A stretch of 63,764 nucleotides of DNA from Archangium sp. (GTDB lineage: Bacteria > Myxococcota > Myxococcia > Myxococcales > Myxococcaceae), in contig JAUXRX010000045.1 in NCBI GenBank assembly GCA_030681645.1, positions 1 through 63,764 on the forward strand, in the 5' to 3' direction. The translations under genes were made by a program, and so were the position numbers. The notes beneath the pieces were generated by a model. The model had not been told where the DNA came from, ran no database searches, and saw only the letters and a list, made by a program, of their open reading frames with translations. Within the stretch, counting starts at the first letter, position 1, and the number at the start of each line of letters is the position of its first letter. Positions 30,454 through 43,769 of this stretch are shown here, one piece after another.

Positions 30454-31644
30454 TCAGCCCCGCGCGGATTCCTCGGCGTCGGTCTTGTCGGCGATCTGCC
30501 CCGCGACCTCGGCGGCGGCGTGCGCCGTCACCCCCGCGGTCTGGCGCTCGTATTCACGCTGATCGCTCGCGTCCTGCTGCTGCACCAGGTGGCCGTCGTG
30601 GTCTTCGCCGGGTAGCTCGACGCGCAGCTCCTCGAACAGCATGCGCAGCGCCGCGGCCACCGGGAGCGCGATCACCGCGCCGATGATGCCCAGCAACCGG
30701 CCGCCGATGAGCAGCGCCACCACCACCACCACCGACGGCAACCGGAGGATGTGGCCGTACACGCGCGGCACGAGAATCCGGCTCTCGAACTCCATGTAGA
30801 CGAACATCGCCACCAACACGATCACGCCCACCCATGGGCCCACGGCGACCGCGGCCAGGGTGGCCGGCGTCATCGCGATCAGCCCGCCCACGAAGGGGAT
30901 GACGTCGGTGAGCCCCGCGAACGCCGCCAGCGCGAGCGCGCCCGGCACTTGACACGCGGTCAGCAACGCCCAGGTGAAGAGGAAGATCGCCACCGAGGTG
31001 ATCAACTGCCCGCGCATGTAGCCGCCGACGATGGTCTCCAGCCGGTTGAGGATGTGGGCGAGCCGAACGTGGTGACCACGCGGCACGAGGGAATAGAGCC
31101 CTCCCCGCACCCGCTCGCGATCGGCGACGAAGTAGAGCGCCAGCACCAGGCTCGAGGCGAGGTAGCCGAGAAACTCCAGCACCCCGCCCGAGGCCGAGGC
31201 GAGCCGGGTCACCCCTCCGGTCATCAGCGTTCCCGGGTCGAAGTTCTTCACCGCTTCCGAGGCCGAGCTCAACGAGCGGAACTCACCGAGCGCGGCTGCG
31301 AGGCTCGCCTGCAGCTCCGGCACCTTCGCCGCGTAGTTGAGCAGCTGCTCGGTCAACGAGGGGAAGATGAGCAGGGCCAGCGCTCCCACCACGAGCGCGG
31401 ACACCCCGAAGACCACCACCAACGCGAGCTCCCGCCGCACCTGGTGCCGCTCGAACCACTGCACCGCCGGGTTGAGCGTGCCGGCGAAGATGAGCGCGAC
31501 CACCAGCGCCAGCGCCACGGGCACCAGCGTGATCAGGATCCAGGTCCCGGCCAGCACCGCCACGGCGAGCAGCATCGTCTTGAGGCTCACCTCGATGCGC
31601 AGGGTGGGGTTGGGGCCTGACGGGGGGGTCACACCCCCCGTCAC
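30454..31644 (-). CDS. AI-2E family transporter (PerM/UPF0118)
   Basis: It has about 8 TM helices with characteristic AI-2E topology and length. Confidence 0.8.
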   Translation of the reverse strand: MTGGVTPPSGPNPTLRIEVSLKTMLLAVAVLAGTWILITLVPVALALVVALIFAGTLNPAVQWFERHQVRRELALVVVFGVSALVVGALALLIFPSLTEQLLNYAAKVPELQASLAAALGEFRSLSSASEAVKNFDPGTLMTGGVTRLASASGGVLEFLGYLASSLVLALYFVADRERVRGGLYSLVPRGHHVRLAHILNRLETIVGGYMRGQLITSVAIFLFTWALLTACQVPGALALAAFAGLTDVIPFVGGLIAMTPATLAAVAVGPWVGVIVLVAMFVYMEFESRILVPRVYGHILRLPSVVVVVALLIGGRLLGIIGAVIALPVAAALRMLFEELRVELPGEDHDGHLVQQQDASDQREYERQTAGVTAHAAAEVAGQIADKTDAEESARG

Positions 31645-31715
31645 TGCAAACCCCGCGCGCGTCGCAGGCGCCGGGATTCAGGTGTTCCCAGCGGCGCTTT
31701 CCGCACCCAGCTCCA

Positions 31716-32507
31716 TCAAGATGACGTGCGCTCCATCATCCCGGGTGACTTCTCACGTGCGTGCTCCGCCAGCGCTGCGTGGAACTTCTGGGGGTGGGTG
31801 AGGGGCCCCATGTGCCCCGTGCCCGCGACCTCGACCGCCCGGGCGTGCGGGTTGTGGCGGCCCAGCGCCTTGACGGTCTCCCGCGAGCCGGTGGGGCTGC
31901 GCTCGCCCATCGCCAGGGTCACCGGCACGCGCGGCAGCGGGTGCGCCTCGAAGGTGCGCGACGAGAAGAACACCGAGCGCACCTCCTGGAACATCTTCCA
32001 GCCCACCTCGAGGTTGTGGTTCCGCATCAGGTCCGGCAGCCGCGCCCACGAGCCGGGCCGGTTCCAGAAGTCGATGAAGAGCTCCAGCCAGGGCTCCGTG
32101 CCGCCCTGCTCCGTGTCGGTGAGGAACCAGGGGTTGCCCATGAACTCGTGCACCTGGGCGATGGCGTCAGGGTCGGCCGACGGCTCCTTCGCCAGCGCGC
32201 CGAACATCACCGGCTCCCAGAGAAAGAGCGAGCGCAGGCGGGCCCCGAGCAGGGGGATCAGCTCGAGCGCGAGCAGCCCTCCGTACGAGTGCGCCACCAC
32301 GTCCAACCGGCCCTCCCGCGGGAGCTGCGCCACCAGGTGGGCCGTGTCTTCGCCCAGTGATACCGGCGTGCCCCGCGCAACCGGCGCGTGGGGTGGGTAG
32401 CCGAGGTTCGACGGTGCGAGCCGCTGGTCCGCCGGGATGAGCTCGTCGGGGATCGAGTCCCACATGAAGGGGGCCGTGCCCGTGGAGTGGATGAGGAGCG
32501 TGGTCAT
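31716..32507 (-). CDS. alpha/beta hydrolase
   Basis: A VVAHSYGG nucleophile elbow is present, and the protein is about 260 aa. Confidence 0.75.
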   Translation of the reverse strand: MTTLLIHSTGTAPFMWDSIPDELIPADQRLAPSNLGYPPHAPVARGTPVSLGEDTAHLVAQLPREGRLDVVAHSYGGLLALELIPLLGARLRSLFLWEPVMFGALAKEPSADPDAIAQVHEFMGNPWFLTDTEQGGTEPWLELFIDFWNRPGSWARLPDLMRNHNLEVGWKMFQEVRSVFFSSRTFEAHPLPRVPVTLAMGERSPTGSRETVKALGRHNPHARAVEVAGTGHMGPLTHPQKFHAALAEHAREKSPGMMERTSS

Positions 32508-32580
32508 AGCTGAGTTCTAATGAGCTACTCAGGTGGTGTCACTGGGTTGTTGAATGCAACTCAGGTGGTAGGGTGAGTGT

Positions 32581-33084
32581 ATGGAACGGACCGAGCTGCT
32601 CGCGATGCCCCGTGAAGGTTGTCCCGTGGCGGGTGCGCTGGAGATCGTCGGTGAGCGCTGGACGGTGTTGATCATTCGCGAGGCGTTCTTCGGGTTGCGC
32701 CGCTTCGATGAGTTCCAGCGCGCCGTCGGCTGCGCCCGGAACCTGCTCACCGCCCGGCTGGCGACGCTGGTGGAGCACGGCGTGATGCAGAAGGTGCCGT
32801 ACCGCGACGAGGGGCAGCGCGAGCGCTTCGAATACCGGCTCACCCCGAAGGGCCATGAGCTGTACCCGGTGCTGCAGGCGCTGAGGCAGTGGGGCGATCG
32901 CTGGCTGTACGACGGCGCGGGCCCGCTCGAGGTGTTCCATCGCGAGTGTGGTGGGCGGGTGTTCGCCGAGGTGCGCTGTGAGCATGGCCATGGGCCGCTG
33001 GCGGCGCGCGAGACCGACGCGGCGCCGGTCAAGCGCGGGAACAGGGGCAGGCAGCGCCGCGTGGGTGGACGCTCGAGGTCTTGA
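32581..33084 (+). CDS. HxlR-family winged-helix transcriptional regulator
   Basis: The motif CPVAGALEIVGERWTVLIIREA is present. It is divergent from the hydrolase gene. Confidence 0.8.
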   Translation: MERTELLAMPREGCPVAGALEIVGERWTVLIIREAFFGLRRFDEFQRAVGCARNLLTARLATLVEHGVMQKVPYRDEGQRERFEYRLTPKGHELYPVLQALRQWGDRWLYDGAGPLEVFHRECGGRVFAEVRCEHGHGPLAARETDAAPVKRGNRGRQRRVGGRSRS

Positions 33085-35933
<2,849 letters not shown>

Positions 35934-35934
<1 letters not shown>

Positions 35935-37355
35935 TGTCGCTCCTCCACGCGCGCTTCCTCGAGCCGGAGTCCCTGCGCGAGCAGCTGCGCGCGGTGCCGC
36001 ACAGGGTGCTCGAGGCGACCTTCGACACCGGCACGCTCGGTGACGAGGCGGCGGCGGCGCTGGCCGCCACCATCTTCCGCGCCGGTGAGCCGGGCGGGGT
36101 GCTCGACCTCGAGGGCGCCAGCAACTGGGAACAGCGCTTCCACCTCATCGCCTCGCTCGCGCTGACCGACGACGCGCTGGCCACGCAGCTGCTCGAGGGC
36201 GGCTGGCTCGATCGCCGCGGGGTGGGCGCGTTCGCGTTCGGCTCGCTCCCCCTGCGGGTGGTGGCCCGGCAGGTGAACAAGACCTCGCTGCGCCAGGCGC
36301 GTGAGGCGGTGCAGTTCGGGTGGGAATCAGAGCTGCTCAACGTGCTCGAGAGCAGCGCGATGCGGGCCGAGCGGGCGCCCGAGGAGCACGTGGTGCTGCT
36401 GCGCCGCGGAGATCTGTCCAGCCCCCAGCCTTCGCGCACCGAGGCGCTGCAGATCTCCACCCTGCTCAAGGAAGTGCGCGCGCACGGCGCGACCGATCTC
36501 ACCCTCACCGTGGGGCTGCCTCCGACGCTGCACGGCGCGTTCGGCAGCAAGGCGCTGGGTGAAGCGCTGCTCACGCCAGATGAAGTGGCTGACCTGGTGA
36601 GCCCGGTGTTGCCCTCGTCGCTGCTCGCCGCGCGCGGGCCGGTGGTCCACTCCGTGGCGTCGACCGAGCTGGGGCGCTTTCGTGTCACCGTCACCACCGA
36701 GCGCACCTTCCGCGCCGCGACCTTCCGCGCGCTGCCGTCGGCGATCCCCACGCTCGATGAGCTCGGGCTCTCTCCGTTGGTGCAGGGCCCGCTGCTGCGC
36801 CTCGAGCGCGGGCTGCTGCTGCTGAGCGGCGAGCCGGGCAACGGGCGGAGCACCCTCTACTCGGCGCTGCTGCAGCGCTTCGTGGCTGACGGGCGCCACG
36901 TCGCTTCGCTCGAGGAACCGCTGGGCCTCCCGCTCCGTCCCGGACCGGGCGCGGCCCGGCAGTCGATCCTCGGCATGGACGCCGACCTGTCCGACTTCGC
37001 GCGCGCGACGCGGCTGCAGCCGCTCGACGTGGTGGGCTTCGACCTGGTCGACGACGCGCAGGCCCTCGATCTCGCGCTCGACGCCGCGATGGACGGCCGC
37101 CTCGCCGTCTGCGTCTTCCGCGCGCCCAACGTCACCGCCGCGATTCACCGCGCGGGCGTGCTCGACGGCAAGCACCACCGCCGCCGCCTTTCCGAAGGGC
37201 TGGCCGCTTTCATCTACCAGCGGCTCTTCCCGCTCGACGGCAAGCACGTGCTCGAGGTCGACTTCCACCTCCCCTCGATGGCCCTGCGCCGCCACGTGCG
37301 CGCGCACGAGACCCCGCCGCCGCCGATCGTGTTCGAGACCGACTCAGTCGGCTGA
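35934..37355 (+). CDS. PilT/PilU-like secretion-ATPase paralog with degenerate Walker A (likely catalytically inactive)
   Basis: The PilT N-domain-like region is TDLTLTVGLPP...GRFRVTVT. Walker A reads GEPGNGRST (Lys to Arg), and the Walker B/Asp box lacks the catalytic Glu. The ATG overlaps the gyrB stop (TGATG). Confidence 0.7.
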
Positions 37356-37361
37356 ACGAGT

Positions 37362-37414
37362 GTCTCCCTCTCTCCGAGGGGAAGGGCGAACTCGCGCCTC
37401 GAGGGAGAGAGGAG
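37362..37414. repeat. REP-like element with embedded 20-bp motif between convergent PilT-like and recF
   Basis: The sequence is tctccctctctccgaggggaagggcgaactcgcgcctcgagggagagagg. Confidence 0.7.
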
Positions 37415-37527
37415 GGCAACGCTACGGTACGTGTCCCGCGATGCCGATGTGCCAGGAGGCCGCCCCTCGACCCCGCTCGGGGTGAGCGGGTTCGCCCCGA
37501 GGGTCAGCGGGGTCCCGGTTCCAGGCC

Positions 37528-38649
37528 TCAGCGGTGCTCGGGCGAGATGCGGCCCGCGTGAACGCGGTACCACTTCGTGTCTGCTCCGGCCGCGCGCGTC
37601 ACCAGCGCCGCGTCGGTGGTGGTGAGCAGCGTCTGGGCGCCGCTGTCGGCGAGGTAGCCCATCAGGAACGCGTTGCGCTCGGGGTCGAGCTCGCTGGACA
37701 CGTCGTCGAGCAGCAACAGGGGCAGAAAGCCGTTCTGCTGCTGCAGGTTCTCGATCTCGGCCACCTTCCAGGCCAGCACCAGCGCGCGGCTCTGGCCCTG
37801 GCTGGCGTAGGCGCGCGCGGGCTTCTCGCCCAGGGTGATGTCGACGTCGTCGGCGTGCGGCCCCACCGACGTGAAGCCGCGCTCGACGTCGCGGGTGAGG
37901 CGCGCGTCGAGGCGCCCCAGCATCTGCGCGGCGAGCTCGGCCTCCGACGCGGTGCCAAAGACGATGCCCTCGCCCAGGTGCGCCGGTTCGTAGCTCCACT
38001 GCGCCTCGAGCGGCGAGCGGCCGATGCGCTGGAACGCCGCGCGCGCCCGCTCGACCAGGCTGACCATCAGGCCGCGGCGCCGCACCCACAGCCGCGCCCC
38101 CAGCTTCGCCAGGGTGGCGTCCCACGCCTGGAGGTGGCTCATGGGCGCGCGGTCCTTGAGCAGCTTGTTGCGGCTCTTGAGCGCGCGGCCGTACTCGCGG
38201 CTCTCGTCGAGGTAGCCGGGCACCACGTTGAAGACGCTGCGATCGAGGAAGGCGCGCCGGCCGTCGGGCCCGCCCTTCACCACCGCGAGATCGTCGGGCG
38301 TGAAGGCCACCACCGACACGCCCCCGAAGTAGGCGTCGAGCGAGTGGGCGCGCTTGCCGTCGACGAAGGCGGTGCGCCCCCCGGGAATGACCTCGACCGA
38401 GATCTCCCGCTCGGCGCCCGCGATGAGGAAGCGGCCCGTCACCTTCGCGCTCGGCTCCCCGAAACGAATGAGCTCGCTGAGCTTGTTCGCGCGCAGCGGC
38501 TTGAGCGTGGCCAGCAGGTACAGCCCCTCGAGCAGGTTGGTCTTGCCCTGGCCGTTCTCGCCCACGGCGATGGTGGCGTGCGGCGACGGCTCGAGCGAGA
38601 TGGGCTCGAGGTTGCGAAACCGCTCGTACGAGAGCGAGAGCAGCTTCAC
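37528..38649 (-). CDS. recF: DNA replication and repair protein RecF
   Basis: The GTG start gives VKLLSLSYERFRNLEP...VGENGQGKTNLLEG, aligning with E. coli RecF MSLTRLLIRDFRNIE...VGANGSGKTSVLEA. The ABC signature and D-loop are present. Confidence 0.9.
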   Translation of the reverse strand: MKLLSLSYERFRNLEPISLEPSPHATIAVGENGQGKTNLLEGLYLLATLKPLRANKLSELIRFGEPSAKVTGRFLIAGAEREISVEVIPGGRTAFVDGKRAHSLDAYFGGVSVVAFTPDDLAVVKGGPDGRRAFLDRSVFNVVPGYLDESREYGRALKSRNKLLKDRAPMSHLQAWDATLAKLGARLWVRRRGLMVSLVERARAAFQRIGRSPLEAQWSYEPAHLGEGIVFGTASEAELAAQMLGRLDARLTRDVERGFTSVGPHADDVDITLGEKPARAYASQGQSRALVLAWKVAEIENLQQQNGFLPLLLLDDVSSELDPERNAFLMGYLADSGAQTLLTTTDAALVTRAAGADTKWYRVHAGRISPEHR

Positions 38650-41000
38650 CGCAGGCTGCGCACGTGCCGCGCCACCTGCAGCACCTGGTCGTCGAGGAAG
38701 AGCAGCAGCCTGTAGGTCTGTTCTTTGCCAACGGGCGGATCCACCGAGACGAACAGCCGGCCGGGCTTCGCTTCCGTCGGGCGGAACAGGCCGCCGTCGC
38801 GCATCCACGGCTTCGGGTTGGCGCCTTCGAGCGTCACCTCGCGCCAGCTCATCGGGCGGTTGATGCCGCCGTCAGGGAAGCGGTTCTGCAGCTTGCCGTT
38901 CACCACGTCCCACCCGGCGATGAAGACGCCGGTGGTGGCGTAGGCGACGGGCCACCCACCGAGGTTCTCGTAGTCGAGCACCTGGGGCGGCACCTCTTCG
39001 TTGGCCGGGAGCGGCTCGGCGAGCTCGTACCCACCCGGCAGCGTGGAGATCTGCCCGTCGCTGAAGCCCACCCGGCCCAGCGCGCTGCGCGTCGAGTCGA
39101 ACCACACCTCGAGCGGCTCGCCGCTGCTCAGCTCGAGCGGCGTCGAAGACCAGCGCAGCGGGTTTCCACCCAGCTCCCAGGCGAACACGTCGCGCGAGGT
39201 GACCAGGTACCCGCGCGCGTAGTCTTCGCCGGTGCCCAGCGGGGTGCGCTCGAGCGCCAGGCTGCGAATCGGCACCGAGGGCTCGGGCGTGAGGTCGGGC
39301 GTCACCACCTCGTCGGAAGGCCGCAGCGAGAGCTGCTGGTCGGGGTTGCTGACCCGGTACAGGCTGTCGTCGGCGGCGAGGAAGAAGATCACCCCGCCGT
39401 CTTCGAGGGTGAAGGACTCGCCGCCGATGGTCGAGCCGATCGGCTCTCCCGACGCGCGCACCAGGGCCGGCCCGAAGCGGGGGAGCGCGGGGCCGGGCTC
39501 GGTCCTCAGCGCCACGAGGTCGCCCGCGGTGCTCACGCCCCAGTTGGCGATGCCATGCACGAAGCCCCCCAGCCTCGCGTCGGGCCCGAACCGCAGCTCG
39601 TCGGGCAGTACGCGCCTGAAGCCGTTGTGGAGGCCGGTCTGGCCCGTTGCCTGCTGCACCGCCACGTAGTCGTCGGTGAGCGCGGCGGTGACGGGCACGC
39701 CCCCGACCTCGCCGGGCGCCACGTCGAGGGGCACCCGGTCCAGGTAGGCGGGCCGAAGCGACGAGATCGACTCGCCCGTCCACACCTGCCCGTGCTGGCC
39801 ACCCAGCAGAATGCCCGCCTGGGAATCCCACGAGGCGGTGGCGAAGCGCCGCGCCTGGGGAAGCAGGTCGATCTCCTCGGTGGTGCACCGGTCGGTCTGG
39901 CTGCGCGCGATGCTGCCGGTCACCACCACGGCGTCGAGGGCACCACACACGAGCTCGATGCGGACCGTTCCGGTGGCGGTCGTCGGTGAGATCTGCGCGG
40001 GCGGGTCGGTCACGTCGCAGGGCCTGCAGTCGGGCCACGCGCGCGTCAGCGTCAGCCCGGCCGCGGTGGACAGCACCTGGAAGGTCGAGAGCACGTTGCC
40101 CCGCTCCACCACCACCACCCGCCCCGCGACGTCGGTTCGGATCGTCCCGGGGAGCGTGCTCATCGGCAGCGGATCCAGCGAGACGTCGGCCGCCTGTCCT
40201 CCATCGAGCGTGTGCAGCTCGAGGGTGTCGTTCTTCAGCATCACCAGCCACAGGGCGTTGACCGTGGGCAGGCCCGCGACGTCGTCGTACCGGCCCGTCG
40301 CGTTCAAGAGGGGCTCGAGGGTCCACGCGTTCGCCGACTGCTGCCGCACCACGCTGACCTGGGTCTGGTCCCACACCACCGGCGTGGCGAGCGACGCCAC
40401 CAGCACCCCGGCGTCGAAGGAAAGCTCGGGAACGACCACGTCGCGGAACTGCCCGGTGGGCAGGGGCGCCACGGTGCCCGTCTCGAGATCGCCGACGGCG
40501 AGCCTCAGCGGGAGGTGGATGAGCACCTTCCGCGCGCCGGTCGCGTCGGTGAAGGGCGCCAGCGGTGGCGGTGGCCCGGGCGGGAGCATCGGCGGGAGGG
40601 CCACCTGGGTGAGCTGCCCCAGGAAGTCGAGCTCGAACACCTGGAGCGCGCCGTTGGCGTCCTTCATCGACAGGAAGGTGCTGCCGCCGGGCAACACCTC
40701 GCGGGTGACGAACTCGACCTTCTGGTTCAACACCAGCGGGTGGAGCACCGCCCCCTCGCCGCTGCCCGGGCCGAACGTCGGCACCGTCAGCCCCAGCCCT
40801 GCCTCGAAGCGTGGGCCCTCGTAGATGTACTTGCGGCACACGTTGTTGATGCCGCACACGTCACCGGGCTGGCAGACCGCGTCGCGGAGCCCCGGCCCTT
40901 CCGAGAAGTCGCACGGGTAGGCGTTGCCCTGCTCGAGGTAGAGGCCGGTGCACGCGGCCGCGGCGACGAGGGGAAGGAGCCACCACAGACGGCGCCACAT
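38646..41000 (-). CDS. large secreted lipoprotein (~785 aa), hypothetical, Cys-rich N-terminus
   Basis: The start MWRRLWWLLPLVAAAACTG carries a lipobox. The stop overlaps the recF GTG start (GTGA). The track ORF is extended to 43706 by an antisense Arg-rich extension. Confidence 0.65.
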   Translation of the reverse strand: MWRRLWWLLPLVAAAACTGLYLEQGNAYPCDFSEGPGLRDAVCQPGDVCGINNVCRKYIYEGPRFEAGLGLTVPTFGPGSGEGAVLHPLVLNQKVEFVTREVLPGGSTFLSMKDANGALQVFELDFLGQLTQVALPPMLPPGPPPPLAPFTDATGARKVLIHLPLRLAVGDLETGTVAPLPTGQFRDVVVPELSFDAGVLVASLATPVVWDQTQVSVVRQQSANAWTLEPLLNATGRYDDVAGLPTVNALWLVMLKNDTLELHTLDGGQAADVSLDPLPMSTLPGTIRTDVAGRVVVVERGNVLSTFQVLSTAAGLTLTRAWPDCRPCDVTDPPAQISPTTATGTVRIELVCGALDAVVVTGSIARSQTDRCTTEEIDLLPQARRFATASWDSQAGILLGGQHGQVWTGESISSLRPAYLDRVPLDVAPGEVGGVPVTAALTDDYVAVQQATGQTGLHNGFRRVLPDELRFGPDARLGGFVHGIANWGVSTAGDLVALRTEPGPALPRFGPALVRASGEPIGSTIGGESFTLEDGGVIFFLAADDSLYRVSNPDQQLSLRPSDEVVTPDLTPEPSVPIRSLALERTPLGTGEDYARGYLVTSRDVFAWELGGNPLRWSSTPLELSSGEPLEVWFDSTRSALGRVGFSDGQISTLPGGYELAEPLPANEEVPPQVLDYENLGGWPVAYATTGVFIAGWDVVNGKLQNRFPDGGINRPMSWREVTLEGANPKPWMRDGGLFRPTEAKPGRLFVSVDPPVGKEQTYRLLLFLDDQVLQVARHVRSLR

Positions 41001-41848
41001 CAGAAACCTCCTGCGAGGACGAAGCCGTTGAGCGAAGGCAGCATGCGCGCGGTGATGCGGGTGCGCGCGTCGTCGGGCGGCAGGAGCCACACCCCGAAGC
41101 CCAGCATCAACGCGCCGGCCGCCATCAGCCCGATGCTCACCGCCTTCTGCAGCGTGAGGGCCTGCTCCTGCTCCACGTAGAAGGTGCGATCGCGCAGGTT
41201 GTTGCCGTCGCAGCGCCCATCGTCGGCCGGCCCGCCGGGGCACAGCTCGTCGTTGAGCTGCGCTTCCTTCGAGAGCGCCAGCAGCCCCACCACGCCGCCC
41301 GAGAGCAGCGTGGCGCCGCCGGTGGCCAGGAGGGTGATGGGCAACACGCGCGAGGGAGGCGGGGGCAGGGGAGAGCCGGTGGCCTCCGACGCGGCGTACG
41401 GCACCAGCGCGCGCACGGCCTCGAGGCTGCCGGCGAGCTTCGAGCTGCGGCTCGCGGTCTGCGCGCGCTCGGTGTCCACCAGCTGCAGGGTGAGCTGGTA
41501 GGCGCTGCCCACGCGCGCGAGCTGGCCCGACAACACGAAGCGCGCCGAGACCAGCTTCGAGAGGTCGACGCTGCAGGCGAGGCTGTCGTCGCCACACGCG
41601 CCCAGGAGCTGCTTCTGCCGCTCGGCCCCGAGGATGGTCTGAATGTCGCGCGCCCCCAGCACCTCGAAGAGGCCGCGCGCAGAGAGATAGGTCACCACGG
41701 CGTCGGTGATGGCCGCCGCCTCTTCGGGCGCGACGCGGAGCGCGGTGAGATCGTTGACGACCAGCCGCGGTTTCTTTTCCGTCTCCGCCGGGCCGGCCGC
41801 GAGGGCGGGCAGGGCCAGGAGCGCCGACAGCACCACAACGATGCGCAT
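41000..41848 (-). CDS. secreted protein with C-terminal TM anchor, hypothetical
   Basis: The start MRIVVVLSALLALPALAAGP is a signal peptide. The stop overlaps the start of the downstream lipoprotein gene by 1 nt. Confidence 0.55.
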   Translation of the reverse strand: MRIVVVLSALLALPALAAGPAETEKKPRLVVNDLTALRVAPEEAAAITDAVVTYLSARGLFEVLGARDIQTILGAERQKQLLGACGDDSLACSVDLSKLVSARFVLSGQLARVGSAYQLTLQLVDTERAQTASRSSKLAGSLEAVRALVPYAASEATGSPLPPPPSRVLPITLLATGGATLLSGGVVGLLALSKEAQLNDELCPGGPADDGRCDGNNLRDRTFYVEQEQALTLQKAVSIGLMAAGALMLGFGVWLLPPDDARTRITARMLPSLNGFVLAGGF

Positions 41849-41969
41849 GGGCGGCACCGTACCTGAACCCGGGCGGCGCGACAGAGCACCGTTCACTCCG
41901 CTCGGGACGAACGGCCGCGGCACTGGTCCCTCGACTCCGCGCCAGATGCGCGGGGTAGAACGGTGACCC

Positions 41970-43112
41970 ATGGCGGAGCGACGCAAGCCGAGCGACGAAG
42001 AGCTGCGCCGCAAGCTCGAGGCCGCCGCGCCGCTGCTCGAGGCGAGCCGCACCCGCTACCGCGCCCTCATCCCGGCGCTGCAGGCCTGGGGGTGGCGCCA
42101 GCGGCTGCGCGAGGTCAGCGACATCGCGCGCGAGGTGGCCCGCACCGACGAAGAGGTGGGCCACGCCCTGGAGCGAGCGAGCCGCCGGGCCGAGGTCGAG
42201 GCATGGCCCGCAGGAGAGGTGCGCACGCTCCTGCAGGACACGACGAAGCTGCGCGGCGAGCTCACCGAAGCCGTGCAGCGCCGGCTCGAACGCGACGCTT
42301 CGGCCGGCGAAGGCCTGCGTGCGCTGCTGGGCCAGGTGCTGGGCGTGCCGCGCCAGGTGGCGATGGGCGAGCGCGAGGCCGCGGCGCAGGAAGCGCTGCA
42401 GCTCGACGAGGCGCTCCTCCCCGCGCTCAGTCGCTTCGGCGGCGCGCTCGAGGCCGTCTTCGGGCGGCCGTTCGCGCGCGGACAGCGGCTGCCCTTCACC
42501 CTGCCCGAGTACGAGGTGCTGCTGGCGGCGCTTCCAGAAGGTGAGCGCGCGCTGGAGCAGGGCTGGGCGCAGGTGACCCGCATCGACACCACCGGCGGGG
42601 TCGAGCGCGAGCTGCGCCGCCGCGCGAAGCGCGCGCCGAAGAGCAGCCGGGGCGCCGGTGGCCCGCGCGCGCTGGTGCACGCGACGTTCTGGCGAGGGGC
42701 GGCCGAGGCGCACGTGGGGGCGATCCTCTCCGAGCGCTTCGCTCCCGTGCAGCTCTCGGAAGACGAGCGCCCGGCTGCGCTGCGCTGGCTGCTGGCGCGT
42801 GAGCTCGACGGCGCCGCGCGGCTCCACGCAGAGTCTGCGCGCGCGGCCCTGCTGATGCTTGCGCACGAGCTGACCGCTTCCCCCGAGGGGCGTGCGCCGC
42901 TCCAGGGCGGGCGTGCGCAGGTGCGGGCGTGGGCGGCGCAGGCAGATGGACTCGAGGGCGATGAAGACTGGCGGCGGCTGCGTGACGGGCTGCGCGCGCT
43001 GGCGGCTCGCAGCTTCCGCTCGGCGCTCCCGCCGCTCTACCGCGTGGGTCGGCCCACCGAGCGCGCGGCCCTGCCCGAGCGGCTGACGGACTTCTTTTCG
43101 GGCGACGGGTGA
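41970..43112 (+). CDS. hypothetical protein (helical, Ala/Arg/Glu-rich)
   Basis: It is a 380-aa ORF divergent from the lipoprotein operon. No domain was recognised. Confidence 0.45.
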   Translation: MAERRKPSDEELRRKLEAAAPLLEASRTRYRALIPALQAWGWRQRLREVSDIAREVARTDEEVGHALERASRRAEVEAWPAGEVRTLLQDTTKLRGELTEAVQRRLERDASAGEGLRALLGQVLGVPRQVAMGEREAAAQEALQLDEALLPALSRFGGALEAVFGRPFARGQRLPFTLPEYEVLLAALPEGERALEQGWAQVTRIDTTGGVERELRRRAKRAPKSSRGAGGPRALVHATFWRGAAEAHVGAILSERFAPVQLSEDERPAALRWLLARELDGAARLHAESARAALLMLAHELTASPEGRAPLQGGRAQVRAWAAQADGLEGDEDWRRLRDGLRALAARSFRSALPPLYRVGRPTERAALPERLTDFFSGDG

Positions 43113-43118
43113 CATGCG

Positions 43119-43703
43119 ATGAGAGAGCGCATGTCGCGTCGGAGCTCGTGGTTGCTGTGCGTGTTGCTGGCGGTGCCCGTGTTCGCGGCGCCGAAGAAGA
43201 AGAAGGGCCCGCCGCCTCCTCGTCCTCCCGTCACGGCGCCGACCGAGAAGGTGACCGAGGCGCTGGGCGACAACGTGCTGGGCTCGCTGGGCGGCGCGTC
43301 GAAGGTGCAGGTGTTCCGCGTGAGCGACTCGGGCGGGCTGCGGCCTGACCCCTCGAAGGCGATCTTGAGTGAGTTCGTGCGCGGCAACGCCGGCAAGGAG
43401 CTCGACCCGAAGCAGCTCGAGGGGCTGCGCAGCGTGCTCTACGACGACAAGAGCTACCGCCTCGAGCAGGACGTGGCGAAGTGCAACTTCGTGCCGCACC
43501 TCTCCTTCCAGATGCAGTCGGGCATCGGCACGCTCGAGGCGCTGGTGAGCTTCTCCTGCAACCAGGTCTTCTTCGTGCTCGGGAAACCCGGCGGGCGCTG
43601 GGTGCCGGGCGGGCGGTTCGACGTCAGGCCCGCGCGCAAGAAGCTGGTCGAGCTGGCGAAGGCCACGCTGCCGCAGGACGCCGAGACTCAGAACCTGAAA
43701 TGA
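43119..43703 (+). CDS. secreted hypothetical protein
   Basis: The signal peptide is MRERMSRRSSWLLCVLLAVPVFAAPKKKKGPPPPRPP. Confidence 0.5.
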   Translation: MRERMSRRSSWLLCVLLAVPVFAAPKKKKGPPPPRPPVTAPTEKVTEALGDNVLGSLGGASKVQVFRVSDSGGLRPDPSKAILSEFVRGNAGKELDPKQLEGLRSVLYDDKSYRLEQDVAKCNFVPHLSFQMQSGIGTLEALVSFSCNQVFFVLGKPGGRWVPGGRFDVRPARKKLVELAKATLPQDAETQNLK

Positions 43704-43769
43704 CAAACGCTCCGGAGTTGCCCCCGGAGCGTCGGCCGTTCACCCCCGAGCGAGGTCAGGGGCCGCTGA

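Noticed and set aside
37214-38731. 505-aa minus-strand ORF overlapping recF in another frame
   Set aside because: It is Arg/Gly-rich and overlaps the conserved recF frame.
41001-43706. Upstream ~900 aa of the 1686-aa minus-strand ORF 38646..43706
   Set aside because: It is an Arg-rich antisense read-through across the two + strand genes (41970..43112 and 43119..43703) and the 41000..41848 gene. The true start is MWRRLWWLLPLVAAAAC at ~41000.
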